Shown in pieces: positions 11,050 to 21,327 of a DNA stretch of 64,000 nucleotides. The notes beneath the pieces are model-generated. The model had not been told where the DNA came from and made no database searches. It saw only the letters and a program-made list of their open reading frames with translations. This stretch comes from Tubulanus polymorphus (Eukaryota; Animalia; Nemertea). The position numbers and the translations under genes were made by a program. Numbering within the stretch: position 1 is the stretch's first letter; each line of letters starts with the position of its first letter. The stretch spans positions 12,051,950 through 12,115,949 of the forward strand of contig NC_134026.1 in assembly GCF_964204645.1 (NCBI RefSeq). Reading direction: 5' to 3'.

Positions 11050-11812
11050 TTACTCTTTACATCTTATAACTAATTCATAAATTACGGGAAAGTTATTCAA
11101 ATCAATTAAATAACCATTATGATTTCTTATTTCTAATTTAAAATTATTGAAATGTGGAATACAAGGTTTGAAATCATATTCAGTTAAATTATAATTTATT
11201 TGAGTTCCAAATTGTTTGACATTTTTTAATGGTAAAATATTTAATAAACCAGAATTACAAATTGTATCTTTAGTTGCTTCAAATGTTTTTGTTGGGTCAA
11301 TCAAATTGCAATAAATATAAAAATGTGTAAAAGGTATTAAGTTTGATCTACCTTCTGCGTATGCTGTAACAATATCTGGGTTAATTCCTAACAGTTTACC
11401 TAAAGGTTTTCTTACTTTAAATTTAAATTGTTCGTCATTAGCTAACCTAATCTTTATTTTATTAGAACTATCACTTTTTAAAATTCTAATACTAAATCCG
11501 GAATCACTTCCTAATTTAGCTCGAGCTTTTCTATTAATTTTTTGTGCTAATGTATCTAAACTATATAATCCTGGTTTTAAATATATATATAAAAAACCAT
11601 TTATTCCTTTTTTTGTAAAAGATTGAAAAAATTAAATGTTCTAGACTTTTATCCTTTATATTATAAAAAGAATTACATAAACTTATATTAACTAATTTTA
11701 AATCTACACAATTCTTAAATTCTCTATTTAATTGAACTAGTAAATTATGTGATTTATAATTTGTAAGTTTTCTAGAATCAACAAATATTCTGTATTCTTT
11801 TAATTCTACCAT
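11050..11812 (-). pseudogene. Minor capsid protein (penton, single jelly-roll), frameshifted near 11590
   Basis: N-terminal IFVDSR...SFYNI, internal FKPGLYS and FYIYCNLI, C-terminal LEIRNHNGYLIDLNN match the penton pattern. Confidence 0.75.
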
Positions 11813-11880
11813 TATTTATAACATAAACAAATTACCGCTCATCACTAAAAATTAATTTTAATAAAATTTTTCCTAAATAA

Positions 11881-13197
11881 ATGGATGAGAAGATAGCATG
11901 CGAAATTTGTGGTGAACTTCTAAGAAAAAGTAATATGGCTCGACATATGAAAAAACATGATGAAAATTATAAACCCCCTAAACTAAACTGTCCAAAATGT
12001 AATAAATTATTCTCAAGAAATTATGTTAAAAAACATTCAGAGAAGTGTAAAATTAATGGCGCAACGGCTAATGTTGATAGTAATGAAAGTAATAGTAATT
12101 CTGCTGAAGTTGAACCTGAAATTATTTGGAAAAGACCTTTCTTATTCTATGACAAGGATAATATAAAAGATCATATCTGTGAGCCTTGTCAAGTAAAATA
12201 TAGCCCTGAAAATAAAGAAGATTGGGAGAATCATCAATTTCGTAAAGCACATATAGATAAAATTTCTAATAAATTTGAAACTGAATTCAATGAAAGAAAA
12301 AATAATTTATTAGAAAAAATAAAATATGAGAAAACGTTACCAGATAATAAAGAAACAGTTGAAAAGTTAGAAAAACAATATAATGAATTAACAAGAAAAA
12401 CATATTATTGTAAATATTGTCAATTGATTATTACAACAAGTAATTCAAATCTACATAATAGAACAATAAAACATAAAGAAAACGTAAGAAAATACCAAGA
12501 GCTTAATGAAGATCTATTACCAATACATTATAAACAAAAATGCCCACAATGTAGTTATGCAACCTTAAGACAAGAAGGTACTGTGTTATTTTGTAATGAA
12601 TGTGGATGGCAAAAGAATTTATGGAGTGAAGAAAAAACTAGAAATTTTCTCATAGATCCAAAATTAAATTATCTAGATGAAATTTTTAAAATATTTTCTA
12701 TAGAAGATCATACACCAGAATATATGCAATGGCTTGAAAAAATGAAAATAATAGAAAATAAAAATGGTGAAATAACTAAAAAAGATATTATAAAAACAAT
12801 TATTCCGTCAACATTTAACACAAAACCAAAGAAAATGTATTTATATTTATTATTTAACGATTATTATGAAAAACCTAAATTAACAAAAGAAGATATGAAA
12901 AATATAAAAAAAATATTCAAACAAATATTAATGTATCATTTGGAAAATAGAATAACAGATTCAATAAATTATGAATTCTTTTTAAATAAGATTGTAGATT
13001 ATTTATACATAGATATTATAATTCCATTTGATGAATTAACAAACAAAAAGAAACAAAGAGAGCGAGATGAAATGTGGAACAAGATAGAACTTTATTTAAA
13101 TAAGAAAAATGAAATGGAAGAAGAACCTAAACAATTAAATGAAAATGAAGAAGCCAATAGTGATTTCGAGTATGATGATATTGATTTTATGTTTTAA
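11881..13197 (+). CDS. Multi-zinc-finger protein fused to a poxvirus A2/VLTF3-like late transcription factor domain
   Basis: N-terminal C2H2/C2HC fingers; then a CPQC-x13-CNEC ribbon, NF...KL.YL, IFKQIL...EN...SINYEFFLNKIVD and a C-terminal W, resembling vaccinia A2 ([13 protein letters not shown], recalled from memory). Confidence 0.8.
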   Translation: MDEKIACEICGELLRKSNMARHMKKHDENYKPPKLNCPKCNKLFSRNYVKKHSEKCKINGATANVDSNESNSNSAEVEPEIIWKRPFLFYDKDNIKDHICEPCQVKYSPENKEDWENHQFRKAHIDKISNKFETEFNERKNNLLEKIKYEKTLPDNKETVEKLEKQYNELTRKTYYCKYCQLIITTSNSNLHNRTIKHKENVRKYQELNEDLLPIHYKQKCPQCSYATLRQEGTVLFCNECGWQKNLWSEEKTRNFLIDPKLNYLDEIFKIFSIEDHTPEYMQWLEKMKIIENKNGEITKKDIIKTIIPSTFNTKPKKMYLYLLFNDYYEKPKLTKEDMKNIKKIFKQILMYHLENRITDSINYEFFLNKIVDYLYIDIIIPFDELTNKKKQRERDEMWNKIELYLNKKNEMEEEPKQLNENEEANSDFEYDDIDFMF

Positions 13198-16100
13198 TAA
13201 CCATAAGGTAATGTTTTTATACCATCACCTGAAATATGTCTTTTATCATCAAATGGATTTAAACTAGTTTTTTCAACTTCATTAATGTACATCTCATGAT
13301 CTTCTGATCTTATACAATTCATTTTGTGTTTCATTACAATTGAGTTATATAAACACTTTATATAATCTTGAAATTCTATATGTTTATCAACCACATGTTT
13401 TGTTATTCCTTTTAACTTTTTAGCTTCATGATCTTTTGTTCTATAACTATACATTTTACTTCTTATCCCAACAAATTCAATCATTTCATCACCCCCTAAT
13501 TCATCTTTAAACTTACCAGGAATCTTTTTATTATCATTGCTAAATAGTTCATGATCTTTGGGATAATTGCTAAAATCAAAATGATGTTTTAATGTTTTTA
13601 AGTCTTTTGTTATGTCATTTGTCTTGATTTTTAGTATGTAACTGTCAGTATTGAAGCAAATTAATGGAAATCCACAGTTAAATGTATCATCTTCAGTTGA
13701 TAAATCATAAACATAATCTGATGGGTTATATATTTCAAATAAATCTTTAACTTCTTCAGTTAAATCTTTTTCTGTGTGGCTTAGATTAAAGCAATTTGGT
13801 TTAGATTTAATCAATCCAATATTCATATTGAAGCCTATTGAATTACATAATATATTTAACCCTGATATAGCAACTTTTCCTTTCTGTGCAAAGGTTATCT
13901 TTTTATCCTTTGTAAATTTTTTAGCACCATCTGCTGCATAGAATCCAATGAAGAACCATTTTCTTAAAATATTTTTTGCATTTGATACATAATCTGGAAC
14001 TATCTTTTCTTTTGTTGAAGTATTACTTTTCACTATTGCATGAATATAGAATTCATCATTATATTTTATAGCAAAATCTTTAGGATTATTTACAAGTATT
14101 CTATAAACTGCTGATGATTTCATAACATCCATGATTTTAAATGTTTTATTTGGATAAACTTCTTCACAGAATTTCTTAATTCTTTCTAATAATTTTAAGT
14201 CTTGATTGCATAAATACCAACAATATTTATTACCCCAAACATAATTATACACACCTGCTGAACCATCACCCATGAAAAATCCTTTGATAAAATATTCTTT
14301 TTCTTCTAATGTTTCGGGTTCTATGTTATAAATATTATCAATTATTTCATCAAATGACATATGATTCATTCTTTGGAAAAATCTTTTATGTAATAATTCA
14401 TCTCCAATTTTTATATCAGTTGGTTTTATTTCATCGCCATTTCGTTTAATTAAACTATGATCTTCTGTAACATCTACAAACCCTAATTTAGTTCTAACTC
14501 TATAGATTTTCTTATTTGTTTTATGCCTAATAATATTCTTTAATTTTTTCCATCCATTTCTTGTCCAAACATCCATTAAACCATTTATTTGTATTAATTC
14601 TTTTTCACCATATGAAATATAACATTCATTTTGTTTTGGAATTATTTCTGAAATTCTTCTTATCAATATTTCATAATTACATTTTAATAATATTGGGGTG
14701 TCAGCTGTTACAGAATCAAAATATAATATTTCAATATGCTTTTCCCCAAAAAGTGGTTGTAAAACATTATAATAAAAATCATACATTAATAATTTTGATA
14801 CTTCTAAAACAGTTGAACCAATGAATATAGGTTTATTAAATTTCATTGACGTTCTTTTTAATTTAACTGCTGTTCAATAATCTTCAAATCTTTTATTTCC
14901 TAAATGTCTAGGACTTGATTGTAAATGTCTTAATCTTTCAGAATTATTTACTAATTCAATATCATTTCTATTTCTAATATTTTCACATGTTTTACCATAA
15001 AAACTATTATTCATTAATTTGAAGAAATCTTTTTCAAAATCTGTTTTTGATATTGTTCTCCGTTGAGTATTGAAATCTATATATTTTTCTAACCACTTCG
15101 ATTGATTAAATTCAATATATCTATGTACTTTCTTTAATTTCATTCCTTGTTTTAGATAAAATTTTAACATTCTATAATGAACAATATAATTGTATTTATT
15201 ATTTTGAGTAAGTATTAATTTTTCTGTAAAAACATGATCTTTCGGTTTTATTTTCTTCTGGTATTCACTTAAATAACTATCATCTACGGTTAAATGTTCT
15301 GGGCAATAAGGTAAGTTTCTTGTTTTAAACTTTATATTTTCAGGATATTCTAAATCAACTACAAAGAAATAACCAATTGGCGCTTCATCTTTTAAACTCG
15401 CAATTGCGCTTTCCCAATCAGTTTTATCATCATTTTCAACTTCTGTTCATATAAAATTTTTGTATGGTTGAGGTTGCATCATTGCCCAACCATATAAATT
15501 ATTGGCGTCAATATATAATAATTTATATTCATCATTTGCTTTAAAATATCTATCTCCCATAACACCACTAATTCCACCTCTAATTGATTTTTCAAATAAT
15601 AAAATCATATCTGGTTCTTTTAATAAATCTTATTCTACATTTGTATATTTTAAACCACATTGCCAGGTTAAACCAGGACTAGAGTAGCAATAACAAGGAT
15701 CAACATTAAAATGATTCAAATTAACTTCTCTAAATTTTTCAAATATGTCAGCCAATTTCATAACATCTGATTATAAATATAAATCAACTAATTCACCATG
15801 ATTTTTCATCTTAAAATGGTTCCAAATATTTAATGTTCTATTAAACACTTCGTCTTTCACATACTCCTCTTTTAATTGATCATAAAATTGATCTTTTAAT
15901 AATTCTGTTACATTAAAATCATTGTGTGTTTTATAAAATGAATAAGGAATTGCGCCTTTATATCTCAATAATTTAAAATCTTGTTCATTTGGATAATAAT
16001 ATCGAGTTATAACAAAATCATTATCAACTAAACTTTTTGATAAATTATCTAATGAACTTGCTAGAAATCTATAAGAATCTAAAAATCTAATGCAACCAAA

Positions 16101-18177
16101 TTGAAATGAAATATAATTTTCAGATGTTTTAGCTAATAGTTTAAAATCATATTTTCTTACATTTACACCATTCATAGCATTATATTCTTCTATTTCTTGA
16201 TTAATTGCGCCCAATTTTCCCGATAATTGTTTTATAAATAGATGGGTATCATAGCCTGATAAATTATGAAATAATATTGGTACGAAATTAACTTTCTTAG
16301 CTTGTAAATTGCAATCTTCATGAGCAGCTCCACGATATTTTGAATTTAAATGATCATGATCTCTAACTTTTTTATCAAATGAATAAAAACGTTTTTCACA
16401 ATAACAACAATGAGTTGCATAATTAAAATCAATTTCAAAATCATTAACTACATTTTCACCTCTAAAAGAAATATATTGACTTTCATATAATTCAGGATAA
16501 TTTGATTTTATATAAATTCCATAAGCAGCAGCTCTTTGATGAACTTTTTTAATTGTATTTATAATTGGTGGGTCTTGTATTGTGTCTTCATTTAATTCAT
16601 TTCCTTTATCCATTGATTTTAATAATTGCTTTTTGTTATATATTTCTTTTCTATCTTGATCAGTTAATTCTTTATTCAACGATTCAAAATCCCCATAAAT
16701 TACAAATGGAACAATATTCTTGAATTTATGATTAGTAAATTTCAATTTATAATCTTTTTCTGTTGGCATTATTAATTTACAAAAATCTTTATTATCACAT
16801 AATTCTTTATGTTTTAATAATGTATTCTCAGTCATAAATTTAGATAAACATTTTCTACATAGATAAATTTTATGATGATGATCACTTTCTGTTCTAAAGA
16901 ATAAATCAATTTGTTTTAACCACATATAATGTTCATTTTCATCTTTTTTGTAATATAACAAATCTATAGCATTTTCATCATCATAATATTCTGTTAAATA
17001 TAAAGCTTCCAATGTATAATCTTTAATATTTTCACCTTTTGTCTTTGGTAATTGCATTAATTCGAATACATTTATTTTTAAATTATTGACTTTTTCTATT
17101 TTAGAAATCATTTTTATAGTTACTGGATATTGATCAATTTTATATAATGTTTCATATTTCCGATAATCTGTTATTCTACAAACATTTTCCTGTGTTGGAT
17201 GTAAGCAACTAATAATTGACCATAGAAAACATTTATTATCTTCATTTTGAATATTTATTACTGCTTTTGTTGTAAATGGTAATTTAATATAAGATGATGC
17301 TTTAATATCCTTTTCTGTTGTAAAGTTTGAATCATTTTTAAACATTTTATTACTTTTTGATGTTTTGTTTCTTTTTGTATTATAAACATTTAAATCTAAA
17401 TATATAATTTCATTCAATGTTAAGCCAGAACCCTCAAAATATCTTTCTTCAATATGACGTTTAAATTCATTTAATATTTTTTTCTAACTTCTCTTTTATT
17501 TGTGTTTTTGAAATTATTTCTTCAGAGAGTGTTTGAATATTATAATTCATTTTTTCTTCTGACTTTATAAAACTTACTTTCCCAGAGATACTAATTTTTG
17601 GATTTTCAACATCTGTTATCAAATATAGTATTTTTTCTATTATTTCATTAAATTTACTATAATCTTCTATTCTTGTTCCTTTAAAAAATCTAAATATAAT
17701 AGCTGCAGGACCAATTTTACTATGTAATGTTTCTAAAATTTCAATTGTATCTTTTATTTCTAGTGAATCAATATAATTTCTAACATTTTCCATGTAAGGT
17801 TTATTTGAAATGGATTTAGTTTTTGAATTTGGTTTTTTTACTTTTTGAGGTTTATCGTCAAAATAATCTTTTCCTAAAACATTATTGCTCAAATTTTGGT
17901 GGTGTTTTTGTGATTCGAGATGTCTATTATAATTCCTTTTTGTTATAAACTCATTACAAACTTCACATTTTATTTCATCCACATTCATATTTTCTAATCG
18001 TTCTTTTCTTTCATTGGAATTTTCTGAAGTTTCAAAATCTATTCCATTTTTTATATGATTTGCAGTTTTTTCATGTCGTGATTTTTGGGATTTATCGATG
18101 TATTTTTTACAATATTGACAATCATATTGATTTTTATTAACATTATTGTTTTCTGGCTGGTGTTCATTCTCCCCCAT
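13194..18177 (-). pseudogene. Protein-primed family B DNA polymerase with N-terminal zinc fingers and an intein; 1 frameshift and 4 in-frame stops
   Basis: Exo motifs YGDFES, FHNLSGYD, FLDS; motif A YIDANNLYGWAM; motif B KLMNNSFYGK; motif C YFD/TDS; KMYSY, KLKGI and DDKR. Frameshift in an A7 run near 17480; stops at 15771, 15630, ~15447 and 14874. Confidence 0.95.
13650..14714 (-). mobile_element. Intein (355 aa) with LAGLIDADG homing endonuclease in PolB motif C
   Basis: YFD|SVTADTP ... VTEDH (block B) ... FIKGFFMGDG and FFIGFYAADG ... YVYDLST ... LICFN|TDS; removal restores YFDTDS. Confidence 0.95.
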
Positions 18178-18262
18178 TTATTAGGAAAAAAAATTACTTG
18201 TGGTGATGAGTGGTGTCTCGACCGCACGACCTCTGATCTGAAAGCCCACTTTTCCAATTACT
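18173..18262 (-). repeat. Right terminal inverted repeat (90 bp)
   Basis: Inverted copy of 1087-1175; includes the pPolB start codon. Confidence 0.95.
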
Positions 18263-18285
18263 CAAAGCTAATCACATTGCGAAAC

Positions 18286-19330
18286 TGGGATCGAGGTACT
18301 GTGTGTCGCGTGGATTACCCTTATACAAAGTGGCTGGGATCGAGGTGCTGTGTGACGCGTGGATTACCCTTATACAAAGTGGCTGGGATCGGGGTGCTGT
18401 GTGACGCGTGGATTACCATTATACAAAGTGGCTGGGATCGAGGTGCTGTGTGACGCGTGAATTACCCTTATACAAAGTGGCTGGGATAGAGGTGTTGTGT
18501 GTCGTGTGGATTACCCTTATACAAAGTGGCTGGGATCGAGGTGCTGTGTGTCGCGTGGATTACCTTTATACAAAGTGGCTGGGATCGGGGTGCTGTGTGT
18601 CGTGTGGATTACCCTTATACAAAGTGGCTGGGATCGAGGTGCTGTGTGACGCGTGAATTACCCTTATACAAAGTGGCTGGGATCGGGGTGCTGTGTGACG
18701 CGTGGATTACCCTTATACAAAGTGGCTGGGATCGGGGTGCTGTGTGACGCGTGGATTACCCTTATACAAAGTGGCTGGGATCGAGGTGCTGTGTGTCGCG
18801 TGGATTACCCTTATACAAAGTGGCTGGGATCGAGGTGCTGTGTGACGCGTGGATTACCCTTATACAAAGTGGCTGGGATCGAGGTGCTGTGTGACGCGTG
18901 AATTACCCTTATACAAAGTGGCTGGGATCGGGGTGCTGTGTGACGCGTGGATTACCCTTATACAAAGTGGCTGGGATCGAGGTGCTGTGTGACGCGTGAA
19001 TTACCCTTATACAAAGTGGCTGGGATCGGGGTGCTGTGTGACGCGTGGATTACCCTTATACAAAGTGGCTGGGATCGGGGTGCTGTGTGACGCGTGGATC
19101 ACCCTTATACAAAGTGGCTCGGATCGGGGTGCTGTGTGGCGTGGGGATTACCCTTATACAAAGTGGCTGGGATCGGGGTGCTGTGTGGCGTGGGGATTAC
19201 CCTTATACAAAGTGGCTGGGATCGAGGGGCTGTGTGGCGTGGGGATTACGCTTATATAAAGTGGCTGGGATCGAGGTGCTGTGTGTCGCGTGGATTACCC
19301 TTATATAATATTGCTAGGATCGAGGTTTTT
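18286..19330. repeat. 49-bp tandem minisatellite, about 21 copies
   Basis: Unit GGCTGGGATCGAGGTGCTGTGTGACGCGTGGATTACCCTTATACAAAGT repeated head-to-tail without spacers. Confidence 0.95.
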
Positions 19331-19854
19331 GCCCTGGTTTACCTGTGGCTGGATCGAGGGGCTATGAATATGTCGGTTGGTCAGTAAAAAACGCAAAGTT
19401 TGTAGCCAAATAACTCTTTGAAAGATTTTTTGTCATATGCCAGTTTGTCGGTATGTTGGTAGAAAGCTGAGTGCACAACAGCCGAATTACTCCTTTTTAA
19501 AAATATATCCTTGAGTGAACTAGTCCACGCAAACCTGGACTTGAACCGGTCTTATTAGGACCAGAAAGGACTGGCAGTTGTCCTAAAACATATGATTTTT
19601 AATCCATTTTGAACTGAAGGATATCAAAAAAGTCTTCATTGAATGGGTTTGAAAAGAGAAAATTGACTCGAACGTTTCCATGCCTACATACCAAACTTCA
19701 GTTGGTAGGCATGGAAACATATTGTTAAACTTTCACATCGTCACAGCGTAGAGGATGTCTCACTTGGGGCGTAACATCAACCATCCTCGCTTGCCAGGGG
19801 ACGAGTATCACTCCCGAACTCGCTTCCACCAGCCCCCTGGCCTCACGAAGCGTG

Positions 19855-20110
19855 ATTCCATTACTGGCGCTGTTGCGCATGACGTCATATATCGATTTGC
19901 TAAATAATTCCTTGTTCGGTAAAACGTTCGCTGATTGGTCCATTTAACGGGAAAACCAACATAAGTCTACTGACGGTTTGTTACAAGCGCTGTGATTGGT
20001 ACGACCGGATTCTGGTCGGCTAGTAACGACTCCAACGACTCGTGAGGTCAAGGGGTTCGGAGAACAGCTTTAGCGTAGTGGGTTCGAATCCCTTGACGGG
20101 TGAAGATGAA
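19855..20110 (+). repeat. Dispersed repeat, related to 58463-58667
   Basis: Shared TTACTGGCGC..GCGCATGACGTCAT, AAGCGCTGTGATTGG and AGTGGGTTCGAATCCCTTGACGGGTGAAGATGA. Confidence 0.7.
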
Positions 20111-20157
20111 CATCAACCGGTCTCTAACTGAAGGTAGAGACCGGCAACCAGTCTATC

Positions 20158-20169
20158 CAAAATGGCGGC
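20158..20169 (+). promoter_or_regulatory. YY1-like motif overlapping the MRPS18C start codon
   Basis: CAAAATGGCGGC matches the YY1 consensus common at housekeeping gene starts. Confidence 0.5.
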
Positions 20170-20282
20170 CCCCATGCTTAGAAAGGGATCTTCGATTTCG
20201 TCGCTAAAATGTTATCACAGACTCTGTTCATACTCGAAAAATCAACAATTTCAACCATCCCAGGGTGTTTTGTTAATAAGTT
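20162..20282 (+). CDS. MRPS18C: Mitochondrial ribosomal protein S18C, predicted exon 1 (transit peptide MAAPMLRK...)
   Basis: ATG in strong context; basic, Ser-rich peptide with no acidic residues; GTAAGT donor; phase 1 matches the next exon. Confidence 0.7.
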
Positions 20283-20536
20283 GTAAGTATTGTTATAATA
20301 TGTAATATGTAATAGATGAAATCTAAGTGACGGACGCTTCGTCACAGCTTGATTTAATTTTTCATGCTAACAAATCATTTCGATTCGAAAACAACATCGT
20401 GTATTTTGATATTGTGTATGTATTGTGTATTTTGAGTGTATAACGAAATACACTCAAAATATTGTCAGTGATTAGTAACACAGAGAAAATTAACGCGTGT
20501 GACGCGTGAGCCACGCTACGCGCTGGAGAGGACTCG

Positions 20537-21327
20537 CACAGGGGTTTGGCGATGGGCTTGGATTTTATTTCCGGGTTGTTGATAATGATAATCTCGCGAG
20601 AATGGCGCTAAATATGAACTGCGAATAAATTTAAAATATCACGGAAATACCTTGTGTTTATATTGTTTATTAATGCGCTATAAAGTTTCGATAAACAATT
20701 GGTCGTTAAGGATCATTATCAGATGGTCGTCACGCTTTACTATATAAAATCACAAGGGATGAAACGCCAGGCCTCCGCAGTACTTAAATTTTCAGCCAGA
20801 AAGTTGGGACAGTCACGTGACATTCTGATGACGTCATCGCATTTAAAACTTCACGAAAAGTTAACATATTCACTGACCGATATCAATTGTCAGATTATGA
20901 TTCATATGAAATAAGTAACTTATAAAAAATAAATTATGATGAAATATATAATTCATAGTCAAAAAATGCATTTGAATGTAAGTTATTCTCAAATATTTTT
21001 CGTATCATAGTTTCCATCTTATATGCTTCAGGTTCGCGTTCAGTCAAATAAGAAGCGTTAAGTCACGTGACTGTCCCAACTTTCTGGCTGGCACGACATT
21101 GAACTGCGTTTCATCCCTTGTTATTTTATATAGCCGTCTGACGACCGTCTGATAATGATTCTTAACGACCAATTGTTTATCGAAACTTTATAGCGGATAA
21201 ATAAACAATATAAACACAAGGTATTTCCGTGATATTTTAAATTTATTCGCAGTTCATATTTAGCGCCATTCTCGCGAGATTATCAATAACTCGGAAATTA
21301 ATCCAAGCCCATCGCCAAACCCCTGTG
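20537..21327. mobile_element. MITE with ~300-bp TIRs (CACAGGGG...), 8-bp TSD (P or hAT type)
   Basis: TSD AGGACTCG on both sides; second copy at 47747-48518. Confidence 0.9.

Larger units (their letters stand above)
1087..18262. mobile_element. Polinton/Maverick-type endogenous polinton-like virus, full length, partly pseudogenized
   Basis: AGT...ACT termini, TIRs, perfect 6-bp TSD CAAAGC (1081-1086 and 18263-18268); pPolB, integrase, ATPase and capsid genes; intronless, dense and very AT-rich. Confidence 0.97.

Noticed and set aside
2593-14824. Plus-strand ORFs 2593-2868, 6702-6890, 10600-10827 and 14561-14824
   Set aside because: Antisense shadows of real minus-strand genes, lacking the TAAATG start
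14874-15773. Alternative genetic code or programmed readthrough explaining the in-frame stops in pPolB
   Set aside because: The stops are a mix of TAA and TGA, the same codons terminate intact genes, and frameshifts co-occur; decay is the simpler explanation
1087-18262. Free virus or contaminant mis-joined to the contig
   Set aside because: Perfect 6-bp TSD, intact termini and inactivating mutations indicate a genuine genomic insertion
18286-19330. CRISPR-like array and the overlapping ORFs (18085-19387)
   Set aside because: Head-to-tail 49-bp units with no unique spacers and no cas genes; the ORFs are repeat artefacts
20060-20100. tRNA gene (GGTTCGAATCCC B-box-like; also near 58637)
   Set aside because: No complete cloverleaf; it lies within a dispersed repeat and is at most tRNA-derived
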